DNA of 64,000 nt from an uncultured delta proteobacterium (lineage in GTDB: Bacteria > Myxococcota_A > UBA9160 > SZUA-336), in assembly GCA_963704165.1 (NCBI GenBank), contig CAVPHD010000003.1, positions 192,001 through 256,000 on the forward strand, given 5' to 3'. A program made the position numbers and the translations under genes. Positions 25,801 to 34,652 of the stretch are shown one piece after another. Each line of letters starts with the position of its first letter. Within the stretch, counting starts at the first letter, position 1. Below the pieces are notes generated by a model, which saw only the letters and a program-made list of their open reading frames with translations, was not told the origin of the DNA and ran no database searches.

Positions 25801-28393
25801 TCGTGCAGCCGGTGGAGGCATTTCGCGAGCCGACGGAGAGCGGCGCCCCCGTCACCGGGTCGGAGGTGCGCTCGTACTGCTGGACCAGATCGAGATAGAA
25901 GCCGTCGTCCCAGCCGTAGAAGTCGGAGATCGCGAACGTGAAGCGGTCCAAGCGCCCCTCGATGCGCGCGCCGAAGTCGAAGCGCTCGAACCCGGCATAG
26001 TCGTCGTAGGGGTTGTGCTCCCCGATCACACCGATTCCGGCGAGCCCGTTGGCCATCGCGCCGAAGCTCTTCAGGCAGACGATGTCGACCGCGGAACCCT
26101 CGCCGCACTTGCCGAGATCCGTCGGCTCGAAGCGGTTGAAGAGCCCGAGCACCTCGAGACGCAGATCCTCGACCGGACCCACGCGCATGAACATCTCCGG
26201 GGAGAACGTCATGCTGACGCCCCACTGCCCGACGCGCTGCTCCTCGAGCGGCGCGAAGATGCCGTTGCCGATGTCGAGCGGGTTGTTTCGATCCTGGTTG
26301 CGGAAGAGCTCCGTCTTGCCCCAGACCGTGATCAGCTTGCCGACGCGCGTGTAGACCTGGCTGTCCGCCATCTCGAACTCGAGGTAGCCCTCGGCAAACT
26401 CGTGCTCACGCTGGCTCGCGCCGTGGTTCCACTGCAGCGAATCGACGCTGTACTTGAGGTCGAGGTTCGACACCAGGTTGTCGTAGTTCTGGTACTCCCG
26501 GCGCTGGCCGGGCGAGTCGAAGTAGATCCCGTTGTCGCTCGCGCGCGGCCGGGCCGGCAGCGTGTTGTTCGGTCCGCCGTCCGCGTAGGATCGGAAGTCG
26601 GTCGCATCGAGCGGCTCGACCGTGGAGTCGAGAGGCCGAACGGTGAGATCGCCGAGCAGGCTCAGCACCTCGAACTGGACCCGCGCTTGCGGCGCGACCT
26701 GGCCGGCGTTCTGAGTCGGTGACGTGGTGTTGATCTCGATGCAGTTGCCGTCCCCGTTGACCCCGATGTTCAACGACGTGTTGTTCCTCGCGGTGGTGCT
26801 GCAGCCGATCGCCAGCGCCTGAGAGGTCAGGTCGCCGGCCGACGAGCCACAGGTCCCGGCCAACCGGTTGTACGTTCCGCCGGCAGCCGAACATCCCTGA
26901 TTGATCAGGAATGCATCGGTGTACACACCGTAGAGCTCGACGAGCTTCGTCGAGCCCGGGTTGCTCGCGCTCGGAACGTTGATCTTCGCGGTCAGCGAGT
27001 ACTTCGGACGCGCGACATCCGTCGCGGAGTTCCGGCCGAAGGTCGCGTCGAAGCGGTCCTCGTCCTCCGGGCCGGAAGCGGTGATCGGAGTCGAGAGCTC
27101 GTAGCCGGCCTGCAGGGCGCGATCGTTGTTGACGACGTAGGGCAAGTCGTCGGCCGTGTCGCGGATGCCGTCCGGACCGACGAAGAACGGATTGACCCGG
27201 TTGGAGGCGTTCGCCGCCGAGAAGACCGCCGTCCCCTCCGCGTCGTTGGTCTGCGGAAGGCCTCCGATCGTCATGACCAGCGTCTCGCCGAGCGCCTGGT
27301 CGTAGTGACCGATCGTGTCGAGCGCGCCACCGCCCGCGAAGTATCCATCGGGGCGAATCGGCGTGTTGATCGTCGCCAGGAACGGCCAGACCATGCTGCC
27401 GAGCTGACTCGAGCCCCACTTCGCGGTGAGCAGCTCGGGAGCCATGTCCTCGGCCAGGATCCCGAAGCGACTCACATCCGGGCGCGTCGCGAGGAGCGCG
27501 GGAATGTTCGCGTCGAAGGTCGTCTCCGGCGTGCCCAGGATCGCGTCCGCCTCCGCGGTCAACGCCGCCGCGAGCGCGGGATCGTCGGTCTCGCTCGCCT
27601 CCGCAAGCAGCGCCATGCGGTAGGCGTTTTGCGCGTTCGACAGAACGTTGCCGTTGATCAGCAGGCTCTGGATGCGCGTGTATTCGTCGTTTCCGATCCG
27701 GGGTCGTGCCGCGGCCGAAAGGCTCGCGCGAGTGAACGGATGGAAGGATCCCGCTCGGACCTCCCAGGTCTTGTTGCCCGTCTGGTTGTTCGGGTTGTCG
27801 AGCGGGGACTTGTTGTTCAGGTTGCAGAAGACCGCCAGCGGAAAGGGATTCGAGAAGACCCCGGCCGGATTCTCACAGTCGCGGTAGCGGCGGCCCGGGT
27901 TCAGCTCCTGCTGCCCCGGGACGAGCGAGCCGGGGCGGTACGTCTGCTCGAGCAGGCCCGCGAAGTACGGCGACTTGTTCTTGACGTCCTCTCGGAGCGA
28001 GAGCGGCTGCCGCACCGCCGAGCGCTGATCGTCCCCGTACGAATCGGCGCTGTTGAAGAGTCCGCAGGAGCGCGAGTAGATGCAGTCGTAGCTGATCAGG
28101 AAGCGCGAGAACAAGAACATCGAGTCGAACGGCCCGAAGCCGTCCGGGAAGGCGTTGAACTCGACCTCGGTCGAGAGCACGTGGCGCCAGCTCGACCAGG
28201 TCGCTCCGTTCAGCGGCAGCTCGGAACCGACGAACATGAGCCGCGACTCGTAGAAACCGTGGATGGAGAGCTTGCGTTCCCCCTCCAGTTCCCACTCGAA
28301 CGCCGCGGCCGTCCGCGCGACTCCGCTCCCGATCAACAGGATGCCGAGGAGCAGAGCGGCAGCATTTCCGGCTTTCAGCGTTCCCCTCATCAC
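22895..28393 (-). CDS. Giant outer-membrane protein, DUF1302-like, with large insertions (1832 aa)
   Basis: Sec signal (..ARTAAA/FEW); DUF1302-like blocks (EGYLEF..TRVGKLITVWGKTELFRNQDRNNPLD; RNVFGFGLDF..SWGIEFSW); C-terminal RIRYTF beta-signal; downstream of MMPL and YCF48-like genes. Confidence 0.75.
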   Translation of the reverse strand: MMRGTLKAGNAAALLLGILLIGSGVARTAAAFEWELEGERKLSIHGFYESRLMFVGSELPLNGATWSSWRHVLSTEVEFNAFPDGFGPFDSMFLFSRFLISYDCIYSRSCGLFNSADSYGDDQRSAVRQPLSLREDVKNKSPYFAGLLEQTYRPGSLVPGQQELNPGRRYRDCENPAGVFSNPFPLAVFCNLNNKSPLDNPNNQTGNKTWEVRAGSFHPFTRASLSAAARPRIGNDEYTRIQSLLINGNVLSNAQNAYRMALLAEASETDDPALAAALTAEADAILGTPETTFDANIPALLATRPDVSRFGILAEDMAPELLTAKWGSSQLGSMVWPFLATINTPIRPDGYFAGGGALDTIGHYDQALGETLVMTIGGLPQTNDAEGTAVFSAANASNRVNPFFVGPDGIRDTADDLPYVVNNDRALQAGYELSTPITASGPEDEDRFDATFGRNSATDVARPKYSLTAKINVPSASNPGSTKLVELYGVYTDAFLINQGCSAAGGTYNRLAGTCGSSAGDLTSQALAIGCSTTARNNTSLNIGVNGDGNCIEINTTSPTQNAGQVAPQARVQFEVLSLLGDLTVRPLDSTVEPLDATDFRSYADGGPNNTLPARPRASDNGIYFDSPGQRREYQNYDNLVSNLDLKYSVDSLQWNHGASQREHEFAEGYLEFEMADSQVYTRVGKLITVWGKTELFRNQDRNNPLDIGNGIFAPLEEQRVGQWGVSMTFSPEMFMRVGPVEDLRLEVLGLFNRFEPTDLGKCGEGSAVDIVCLKSFGAMANGLAGIGVIGEHNPYDDYAGFERFDFGARIEGRLDRFTFAISDFYGWDDGFYLDLVQQYERTSDPVTGAPLSVGSRNASTGCTIRTNDEGQAVGPDGRADTTGDNIFPSAGNCLLWNPPDTPDGQQTLRSTDGVAALQNINQTLFHSLCAYTFDSDEGFCAFDRLNFPTDFGLLSNIISGLGSLGAVLLDGVETIQAVELDGSTSVINRTDMDFLKQQFLAIEPLALQDGQYQDLGVSLVPGQASLLGCGPSYASPCSVEQQALWAADPSITTDLTRDAELGVSKLGGIDLMNADASVVTQEFVGLKALSPGALVGTRLNNQYKLYYQYGLNYSRNGQQSMDIDADFTRQGVQNSPPSPVGNIESGEYLGLTPQDVINLGTTGRAEYQIQPGNIREADSWIEPMPWTVNQEMLDKFGAIVFNTDPNNPLDLDSPLNKWNLIDPNQDPNDLANIDYSDIDGEYCSRWMNSENAGLVATPFNLGCTSLETVSANFERLLISLEIIGADRVFDPPESLQELSYWSQSNTSLQATGDPIAGPDGIFARNQYVFDDEEVDFDVVSAPLSDPNVSADYQIVDVPVPGGADPRVAGRDFLLAYDPQESCSSQWCYLGVNSVLVDPRDAKAEGKSLVLAMPIGFAVEIVTVADPNNPSDPNQPPIGTGVNRLVNLAKLQYLQQTEGLSTLRRLLASQVVAIDTPYGPEYVQMSVAQRNALLGEFGSQTNRGRDLDGDLSADLDRNRDAVWDGQDDYLPGPITDDNILCGSGIPGDTLQDGVQYSPYRADEGVGSENFAALFPNGLPPRSPVFCRGVAGILSATTQTLPVRKAGGDGRYGRRDFLWQGGRQMVFNYQKRNVFGFGLDFAEDVTKTSWGIEFSWMANKLIPNNTEYEGLSQTDELVLSVSVDRPTFFNFLNPNRSFFLNLQMFLRYLPDYDGSEGGQDGNYGYAGAPITGNVAFTFFTGYFQDRLAPRVTLLYAPWESQGALITGLSYRWNDKFSTSIGFTQFFGHVYKQQGSYYPIAQYGSVSDYKSPVFRGVAPVLYRDMAELRIRYTF

Positions 28394-28427
28394 GTTCCCC
28401 TCTCTGCGAGCGACCCGAATCTGGAAA

Positions 28428-31400
28428 TTATCCGATGCTTCCGACCGCGGACTTCACTTGCGTGGCACCCATGTCATGTTGCTCCGAAGACGCAGAGGGT
28501 GACGCTGAGAAGAACTTCGGCCGCAGGATCGAAACGCACGCCGGAACGAGAAAAACCGCGCCCAGCATGTTCATGCCCATCAAGATGCTCAGAAGTTGCG
28601 CCATCTCGGCTTGGAAGCGGAGATTGCTGAACGACCACACGACGATGCCCGCGATCAACGTCGTCGCCGTGAACGAGACGGCCATTCCGGTGGTCCGAAT
28701 CGCGCGGCGGATCGCCTCGTCGAGGTCGCCGCACCAGACGTATTCCTGTTTGATCCGGTCGGTGACATAGAGCGAGTAGTCTACGCCGATTCCGACACCG
28801 ACGGATTGGACCGGTAGCGTCTGGATCGTGAGCCCGGTTTCTCGCAGCGCCATGTAGGCGAGCGATCCCATCGTGGCGACGGCCAGGCTGAAGACCAGGA
28901 TCAGGCCGGACGACGGCGAGCGATAGCTGACCGCCACGAACGTCCAGCAGATCAGGAAGATCAGCACGATGTTCGCGACGTGTCCGCGCTCGACCTCTTC
29001 GTTCACGGCGGCGTACACACCCATGATGCCGCCGGCGAGCACGAACTCGGCGCCTCGCGTGTAGGTGTTCGTACGCTGGGGGTTGAACGAGGTGTCCTTG
29101 AACTTCGAGTTCTGGGTCCAGAGCTCGTAACGGCAGTAGTGGCGGCAGTACCGGATCGTCTGCGCGGTGATGTTGCCGTCGTCGTTCTTCCACTCCTCGT
29201 CGATGTAGTACACGCTGCGGGACACGATGTGGTTGACGAGATCGCCGACGGTCTCGAGACCGACCATCACGTCTTCCTTGGTGGAATCGACGGTCTCGAC
29301 CCGGTAGTCGTACTCGGCCGAGAGCTTCTCGCCGATCTTGCCGAGCCTCTGGGCATTCAGGCCGAGATCCTTTCTCATCCGATCGGTGAGGCTGATCTCG
29401 GGAAGCTTCTTGAGCGACAGCGCCTTGATCGCCGCGATCACGTTCTTCTCGACCTCGGCCGGATCGACCGACTCGGTCCAGCGATCGATGCGGACGGCAT
29501 CCTTCCCCTGGTAGCCGGTGATCTTCTGGTCGTCGTTGATGTCCGCGACCTGCACGACCATCTCGCTGTGTCGGGGGAAGAGCACCGGACCGAAGAGGTA
29601 GTAGGCGGCCGAGAGAATCCCGCCCTTGTCCTCGACGAGGCGCACGCTGATGCGCCCCATCGGGTTGGCCTCGATGAACTCCTGCGCATAGTGGATCGCG
29701 CGCTTGATCGTCCTGCCTTTGTGATCGCGGAAGAAGAACGTGATGTTCGCGTCCTCCGCGTCCTCGGTCAGGAACGGGCGCAGGAACCCCGGGATGCTGC
29801 TCCGCTGAAGCTGGAAGATGATCCCGCCGACGGTCTGCGCGGAATCGGGCACGAACCCCCACTTCGGATCCGCGTAGTGATTCACGAGCCAGTACTGCTT
29901 GATGATGTCGACGAGCGATATCGTCGCGCCCGGATCGACGTGCTTCTTCATCCAGCGCTGCATCGCTTCCATGCGCTGGAGCACGAGCCCGTCGGAGCTT
30001 GCGCTCTTGCCGTCGCCATCGACGAAGATCGTCATCTGGTCGACACCACCGAACTTCTCGCCGAGCTCCGCGGTCGCGACGTTGAACGGATGATCGGGCC
30101 AGAAGATCGGAACGCCCGGACGGCTCTCGCCCACCGTCGTGTGGAAGAGCACGTAGTAGGTCGCCACCATCAACGCGAGAGCGGTTCCGCCCGTGAGCGC
30201 GAACTTGCTGACCCGCCCGGTGGCGAGGTTGCCGGCGAAGGTGAGGAAGGCGTTCATCCAACGCGGCGTGAAGTGCTCGTAAGCGTGCGGTGGCGGCAGG
30301 TACGCGATCATGATCGGGTGGAGCAGGATCACGTTGAAGATGATCGCGATGACCCAGAACGAGCCGAAGATCGACAGATCTCGCATCGTCTGGATCGTCG
30401 TCAGGAAGCACACCGCGAGACCCGCGGCGTCGGTGATGATCCCGAGCATCCCGGGCAGCATCAGCTTGGCCATGGCGGTGGTCGCGGTCTCGACCTTCGC
30501 TTCGTTCATCTCCTCCGGCGTCATCTTGCGACCGAGCTTCCGCTCGAGCGCGCCGCACTCCATCTCGTAGTCCTCGAAGAAGCGCTCGGCCATCTGGATC
30601 GTGTGCGAGATCGAGCGCGCCGTGATCAAGAGCGGAATCACGAGGATGAGCGGATCGAGCGTGATCCCGAGCCAGGCGCAGAAGCCCATGCCCCAGATCG
30701 CGGTCGCGAGTCCGGCGACCATCGGAATCGCCACGCCGTGCAGCCGGCGGAAGTAGGCGAGCAGCAGGAAGAACAGCGAGACGATCGTGAGCAGCAGGTA
30801 GTAGCCCATCTCGAACGCCTGCGAGATCACGTAGCCCGTCGCCATCGGAGCGCCCGAGATGAAGATCTCCGCGGTTCCGTCCGCTTCCTCTTCGGCCTTC
30901 AGATTCTGCAGATAGTTGAAGAGCTCGATGTAGGCTTCGCTGTTGTCGAGCCGGTGCGTGATGAAGCCGGCCGAGACGAGACAGGCGCGGTGATCCTTCG
31001 AGACGAGGTTGCCGTAGATCATGCCCGGGTTCTCGAGCACCGTCTCTTTCAGCTTGGCGAGATCCTCGGGCTCTTCGGGGATCTCCTCGAGCAGCGGGAC
31101 GGCCTCGATGGCGCCGTCGGGCTCGATGTGGATCACGCGCGTGTTGATGTGAGAGAGGCTCCGCACCTGGTAGTGATTGACGTTGGGCGCCTTGTCGAGC
31201 TTGTCCGTGACGCGCGAGACCTTCTCGAGGAAGTCGTAGTCGTAGATCTGCCCCTCTTTCTTGATCACCGCGATCGCGATGAACGAGGCCGATCCGAACT
31301 TGCCCGAGAACTTGTCCTGCGAGTGGATGTACGGGTGCTCGGGGTAGGTCTTCCGCACGTTCGCGTCGACGCGGAAGCGCGCCTTCACGCCGAGCAGGAG

Positions 31401-31607
31401 CTCGCCCTCGCCGGTCTCGCTCTGCGAAGCCGTGTAGTTGTAATAGGCGGCGTTCACGAGCGGAAACGAGAAGAAGACGCCGATGCTGAGCAGAGTGATC
31501 AGCGTCGCGAAGCGATTTCGCATGATCATCCGGCCAAAGCGCATCGAGAACGCGCTCTCCGGCAGGTTCTCTTCGACGGGACCGCGCTGCGGATTCTGGT
31601 CGGACAT
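28428..31607 (-). CDS. MMPL/RND family transporter with an enlarged second periplasmic domain
   Basis: Two repeats of 1+5 TM helices; ARSISHTIQMAERF, GIITDAAG, GVGIGVDYSLY, SNLRFQAEM; start MSDQNP 2 nt after the upstream stop. Confidence 0.9.
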   Translation of the reverse strand: MSDQNPQRGPVEENLPESAFSMRFGRMIMRNRFATLITLLSIGVFFSFPLVNAAYYNYTASQSETGEGELLLGVKARFRVDANVRKTYPEHPYIHSQDKFSGKFGSASFIAIAVIKKEGQIYDYDFLEKVSRVTDKLDKAPNVNHYQVRSLSHINTRVIHIEPDGAIEAVPLLEEIPEEPEDLAKLKETVLENPGMIYGNLVSKDHRACLVSAGFITHRLDNSEAYIELFNYLQNLKAEEEADGTAEIFISGAPMATGYVISQAFEMGYYLLLTIVSLFFLLLAYFRRLHGVAIPMVAGLATAIWGMGFCAWLGITLDPLILVIPLLITARSISHTIQMAERFFEDYEMECGALERKLGRKMTPEEMNEAKVETATTAMAKLMLPGMLGIITDAAGLAVCFLTTIQTMRDLSIFGSFWVIAIIFNVILLHPIMIAYLPPPHAYEHFTPRWMNAFLTFAGNLATGRVSKFALTGGTALALMVATYYVLFHTTVGESRPGVPIFWPDHPFNVATAELGEKFGGVDQMTIFVDGDGKSASSDGLVLQRMEAMQRWMKKHVDPGATISLVDIIKQYWLVNHYADPKWGFVPDSAQTVGGIIFQLQRSSIPGFLRPFLTEDAEDANITFFFRDHKGRTIKRAIHYAQEFIEANPMGRISVRLVEDKGGILSAAYYLFGPVLFPRHSEMVVQVADINDDQKITGYQGKDAVRIDRWTESVDPAEVEKNVIAAIKALSLKKLPEISLTDRMRKDLGLNAQRLGKIGEKLSAEYDYRVETVDSTKEDVMVGLETVGDLVNHIVSRSVYYIDEEWKNDDGNITAQTIRYCRHYCRYELWTQNSKFKDTSFNPQRTNTYTRGAEFVLAGGIMGVYAAVNEEVERGHVANIVLIFLICWTFVAVSYRSPSSGLILVFSLAVATMGSLAYMALRETGLTIQTLPVQSVGVGIGVDYSLYVTDRIKQEYVWCGDLDEAIRRAIRTTGMAVSFTATTLIAGIVVWSFSNLRFQAEMAQLLSILMGMNMLGAVFLVPACVSILRPKFFSASPSASSEQHDMGATQVKSAVGSIG

Positions 31608-31609
31608 GC

Positions 31610-33088
31610 TCACTCCCCCGCGCCGGTCGTCGGGATCTGCTCGCGTTTGGGCAGGATCTCGAACCAGTTCAATCCAGAGTCGGTCGAGCGCAGTACGTTT
31701 CCGCCCGCGCCCACCATCCAGCACACGTTCGGCGTTCCGCACGTCACGTCGCGGAAGTAGCCGTGCTTGTCGGCCGGGAATCGGCCCTTGCCCTTGCCGG
31801 TCTCGTCGCCCAGACGGACGAAGGTGGCTCCACCGTCGTCACTGATCCGGCGAATGCCCTTCTCGCCGACGACGATCAGGTTGCGATCCGCGAACGCGCC
31901 CGAAAAGAGCGCCTGCCTCGAGCCGCTCGGCAAGTACGTCCAGGTCCGGCCGCCATCGGCGGAGCTGAGCAGGACGCCGCCGAGCCCCGTGATCATGCCT
32001 TGGTCGGGATCCTTGAACTTCACGTCGAAGAGGAACGGGGTCTCGACGACCTGGATCCGAAGCGCCGGCACCGGCGAGAGCTTTCGGTCCGCGAACGCCT
32101 TCATGTCGATGCCTTCTTGATCGAGCGGCGTCGCGTTCTTGATCTTGATGCGATCCTGGTTGATGCCTTCGTTCTCCAGGAACTTCTGGATCTCGTCGGC
32201 GCGTTCGTCGGCGAGGAAGGTATCGCCACGGGCGCGCAGCTCGTCGGCGGTGACCATGCCCTCGATCTCGATTCGAAGGTAGGGCTTCTGCTCGAGCACC
32301 TTCGTCGCGGCGAAGATCTGCTCCCACTTGTCCTTCGGAACCTTCTTCTCGTTCTTCTCAAAGACGATTTCGTCGAACTTGACCGTGCCCACGATCTGGC
32401 CGCGATCCCAGTTCTCGCCGCCGTCCTCGGTCCGGTAGATGTGGCCGTACTCGCCGGCCATCCAGCCGCGCTTCTCGTCCACGAAGAAGACGTCGTTCAG
32501 GAAGATGTCGTCGTAGATCTTCTCGCCGCGTTCGAAGGCTTCGAGCTCGTCGTCGCTCAGGTACTTGAAGCTCGGGTGGTCCTCGGTGAGGAGGAAGGAC
32601 CGGTCCTGCCAGTTCTTGCCGCCGTCGTTCGTGTAGTAGCGACCGCCCCAATCACCGACGGCCCAGGCCGTGTTCGCCGTGACGGCCGTGATCGCGAACA
32701 AGTGCTGCGAGGGCTTGCGCGGGATGCTCTGCAGCTCCCAGGTGTCTCCGCCGTCGGTCGTGTGGATCACGAATCCGCGTCGGCCGACGGCCCAACCGTT
32801 CTTCTCGTCCGCGAAGTCGATGTCGTAGATCGACTGGTCGGTCATCCCGTCGAGCTTTCGCCAGCTCTTCCCACCGTCGAGGGTGCGGTAGATGGCGCCG
32901 AAGTAACCGGCGGCCCACAAGTGGTCCGCTCCGATCGCGGTCACGGCGTAGAGATCGTCGGGGAGATCGATCTCTCCTTCCGCGTACTTCTCTTCGTACG
33001 ACTCCTCCATGCAGCCGCTCGAGAGGAACGCGACCAATCCGAGGCAAGCGAGAGCGCGCACTCCGCGCACGACGAACCAGCTGTTCAA
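31610..33088 (-). CDS. YCF48-like BNR-repeat beta-propeller lipoprotein with inserted OmpA-like domain
   Basis: Lipobox LSSGC; repeated T/S-x-DGG-x-T/S-W Asp-boxes; internal IEIEG..LADERA..IQKFL..GI..DRI segment. Confidence 0.85.
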   Translation of the reverse strand: MNSWFVVRGVRALACLGLVAFLSSGCMEESYEEKYAEGEIDLPDDLYAVTAIGADHLWAAGYFGAIYRTLDGGKSWRKLDGMTDQSIYDIDFADEKNGWAVGRRGFVIHTTDGGDTWELQSIPRKPSQHLFAITAVTANTAWAVGDWGGRYYTNDGGKNWQDRSFLLTEDHPSFKYLSDDELEAFERGEKIYDDIFLNDVFFVDEKRGWMAGEYGHIYRTEDGGENWDRGQIVGTVKFDEIVFEKNEKKVPKDKWEQIFAATKVLEQKPYLRIEIEGMVTADELRARGDTFLADERADEIQKFLENEGINQDRIKIKNATPLDQEGIDMKAFADRKLSPVPALRIQVVETPFLFDVKFKDPDQGMITGLGGVLLSSADGGRTWTYLPSGSRQALFSGAFADRNLIVVGEKGIRRISDDGGATFVRLGDETGKGKGRFPADKHGYFRDVTCGTPNVCWMVGAGGNVLRSTDSGLNWFEILPKREQIPTTGAGE

Positions 33089-33344
33089 TGCCCCTCCCCG
33101 TCGAAACCCGCGGCGCGTCGCACCGCTGCAAAATGCGAAGACGAACCAGCAAACCGGCGCGCAAGTCGCAGAGCCTCCCCAAGGGGAGAGTTCATCGATC
33201 TCGATGACCGGTGGCCGTTTCTATTACGGGGGTGAAGCCGGTGTCAAGCATCGGGCCCGATCCGACACACGGATGTGCAGCTTTTGCGCAAGAAGCCGGG
33301 GCCTCGAGGCGACTCCATGATGCGTCGCGTCTAGAATCCGCCGC

Positions 33345-34652
33345 ATGACGGCATTCGCGAGCGATGGGCGACACCCGAGGTCTCCCGCAACGACCCTGGC
33401 GAGCGCGGCGATTCGCGCCGCTGCGAGCGATTGGAGGCCGCTCAGGGGGAAGCGCACGCGTGCCGAGCGCGATGCCGATGCCGGCCGGAGGATGGCCCTG
33501 GCATTCGGCTCGCTCCGCGGGATCTACACGAAGCTGGGCCACCAGCTGGCGACCCGCGTCGATGCACTTTCGGACGAGTTTCGCGCCCCGCTCGCTGCGC
33601 TCGGCGATTCGGCTCCGCCGGTTCCCTTCGAACGGATCCGTGCGGAGATCTCGCGCGCGCTCGGTTCGGCCGAGCGCTTCGCGTGGATCGATCCCGAGCC
33701 GCTCGGAACCGGATCGATCGCGCAGGTCCATCGCGCGCGCCTCCGCAGCGGCGCGGTGGTCGCGGTCAAAGTGCGTCATGCCGAACTGACGCCGGACCGG
33801 ATCGCCCGCGACGTGCGGAGGCTTCGCCGCATCGCCTGGGTGCTGCGGCCCTGGCTCGGACGAGGCGACGCCTCGGAGATCATCGACGGTCTATCCGATG
33901 CGCTGCTTCGCGAGATCGATTTCGAGTTCGAGGGACGTGTCGCCGAAGCGATCGCTCGCGACCTCGAGGACGACTCCCGAATCGTCGTACCGCGCGTGCA
34001 TTGGGAGGCGACTTCGCGAAGCGTGCTCACCCTCGACTACGTGCCTCGCGTGCGCTTCGACGATCGCTCGGCGCTCGAGGCGCGCGGCGTCTCCCTCGAA
34101 GCGGTGCTGGCGATCGTCGCCGACGCCTATGGCCGACAGGTCTTCGGACACGGGCTGTTTCACGCCGACCCCCACGCGGGGAACCTCTACGTCGTCGACG
34201 AGCCGGGTCCCGAACCGCGCGTTCTCTTCGTCGATTTCGGCCTGGCGGAACGCCTCTCGCCGCACACCCGCGAAGAGCTTCGCAGCGGACTGAAGGCGCT
34301 GTTGAAGCGCGACGTCGACGGCCTGCTCGCCGGACTCGAGAGAATTCGAGCGCTCGTACCGGGTCGTGAGGCCCGGGCGCGCGAAGCGCTCGTAGCGGCA
34401 CTCGACGGCGGCGCGGCCGGGGCGCTCGGCGCGAACGCGGCCGACATCCGGATCATGAAATCACTGGGCAAGCGCCTCGTGCACGAGAGCGGCGCGTTTC
34501 GAGTGCCGCGCGAGCTTCTGCTCTGGGTGCGCACGCTCGCCCACGTCTACGACTTGTTCGAGCAGATCGCACCGGGTGCGGATCCGATGCGGCGTCTCTT
34601 GCCGCACGTCCTGCGCTTCGTGACCGAGGACGGCGAGAACGCTACTCGATGA
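33345..34652 (+). CDS. AarF/UbiB (ABC1) atypical kinase
   Basis: YTKLGHQL, LGTGSIAQVHRA, VAVKV, FHADPHAGN, VDFG. Confidence 0.9.
   Translation: MTAFASDGRHPRSPATTLASAAIRAAASDWRPLRGKRTRAERDADAGRRMALAFGSLRGIYTKLGHQLATRVDALSDEFRAPLAALGDSAPPVPFERIRAEISRALGSAERFAWIDPEPLGTGSIAQVHRARLRSGAVVAVKVRHAELTPDRIARDVRRLRRIAWVLRPWLGRGDASEIIDGLSDALLREIDFEFEGRVAEAIARDLEDDSRIVVPRVHWEATSRSVLTLDYVPRVRFDDRSALEARGVSLEAVLAIVADAYGRQVFGHGLFHADPHAGNLYVVDEPGPEPRVLFVDFGLAERLSPHTREELRSGLKALLKRDVDGLLAGLERIRALVPGREARAREALVAALDGGAAGALGANAADIRIMKSLGKRLVHESGAFRVPRELLLWVRTLAHVYDLFEQIAPGADPMRRLLPHVLRFVTEDGENATR

Noticed and set aside
31610..33088. YCF48 similarity as evidence of photosystem II
   Set aside because: It is a generic BNR propeller typical of RND/DUF1302 clusters; there are no photosynthesis genes in the window.
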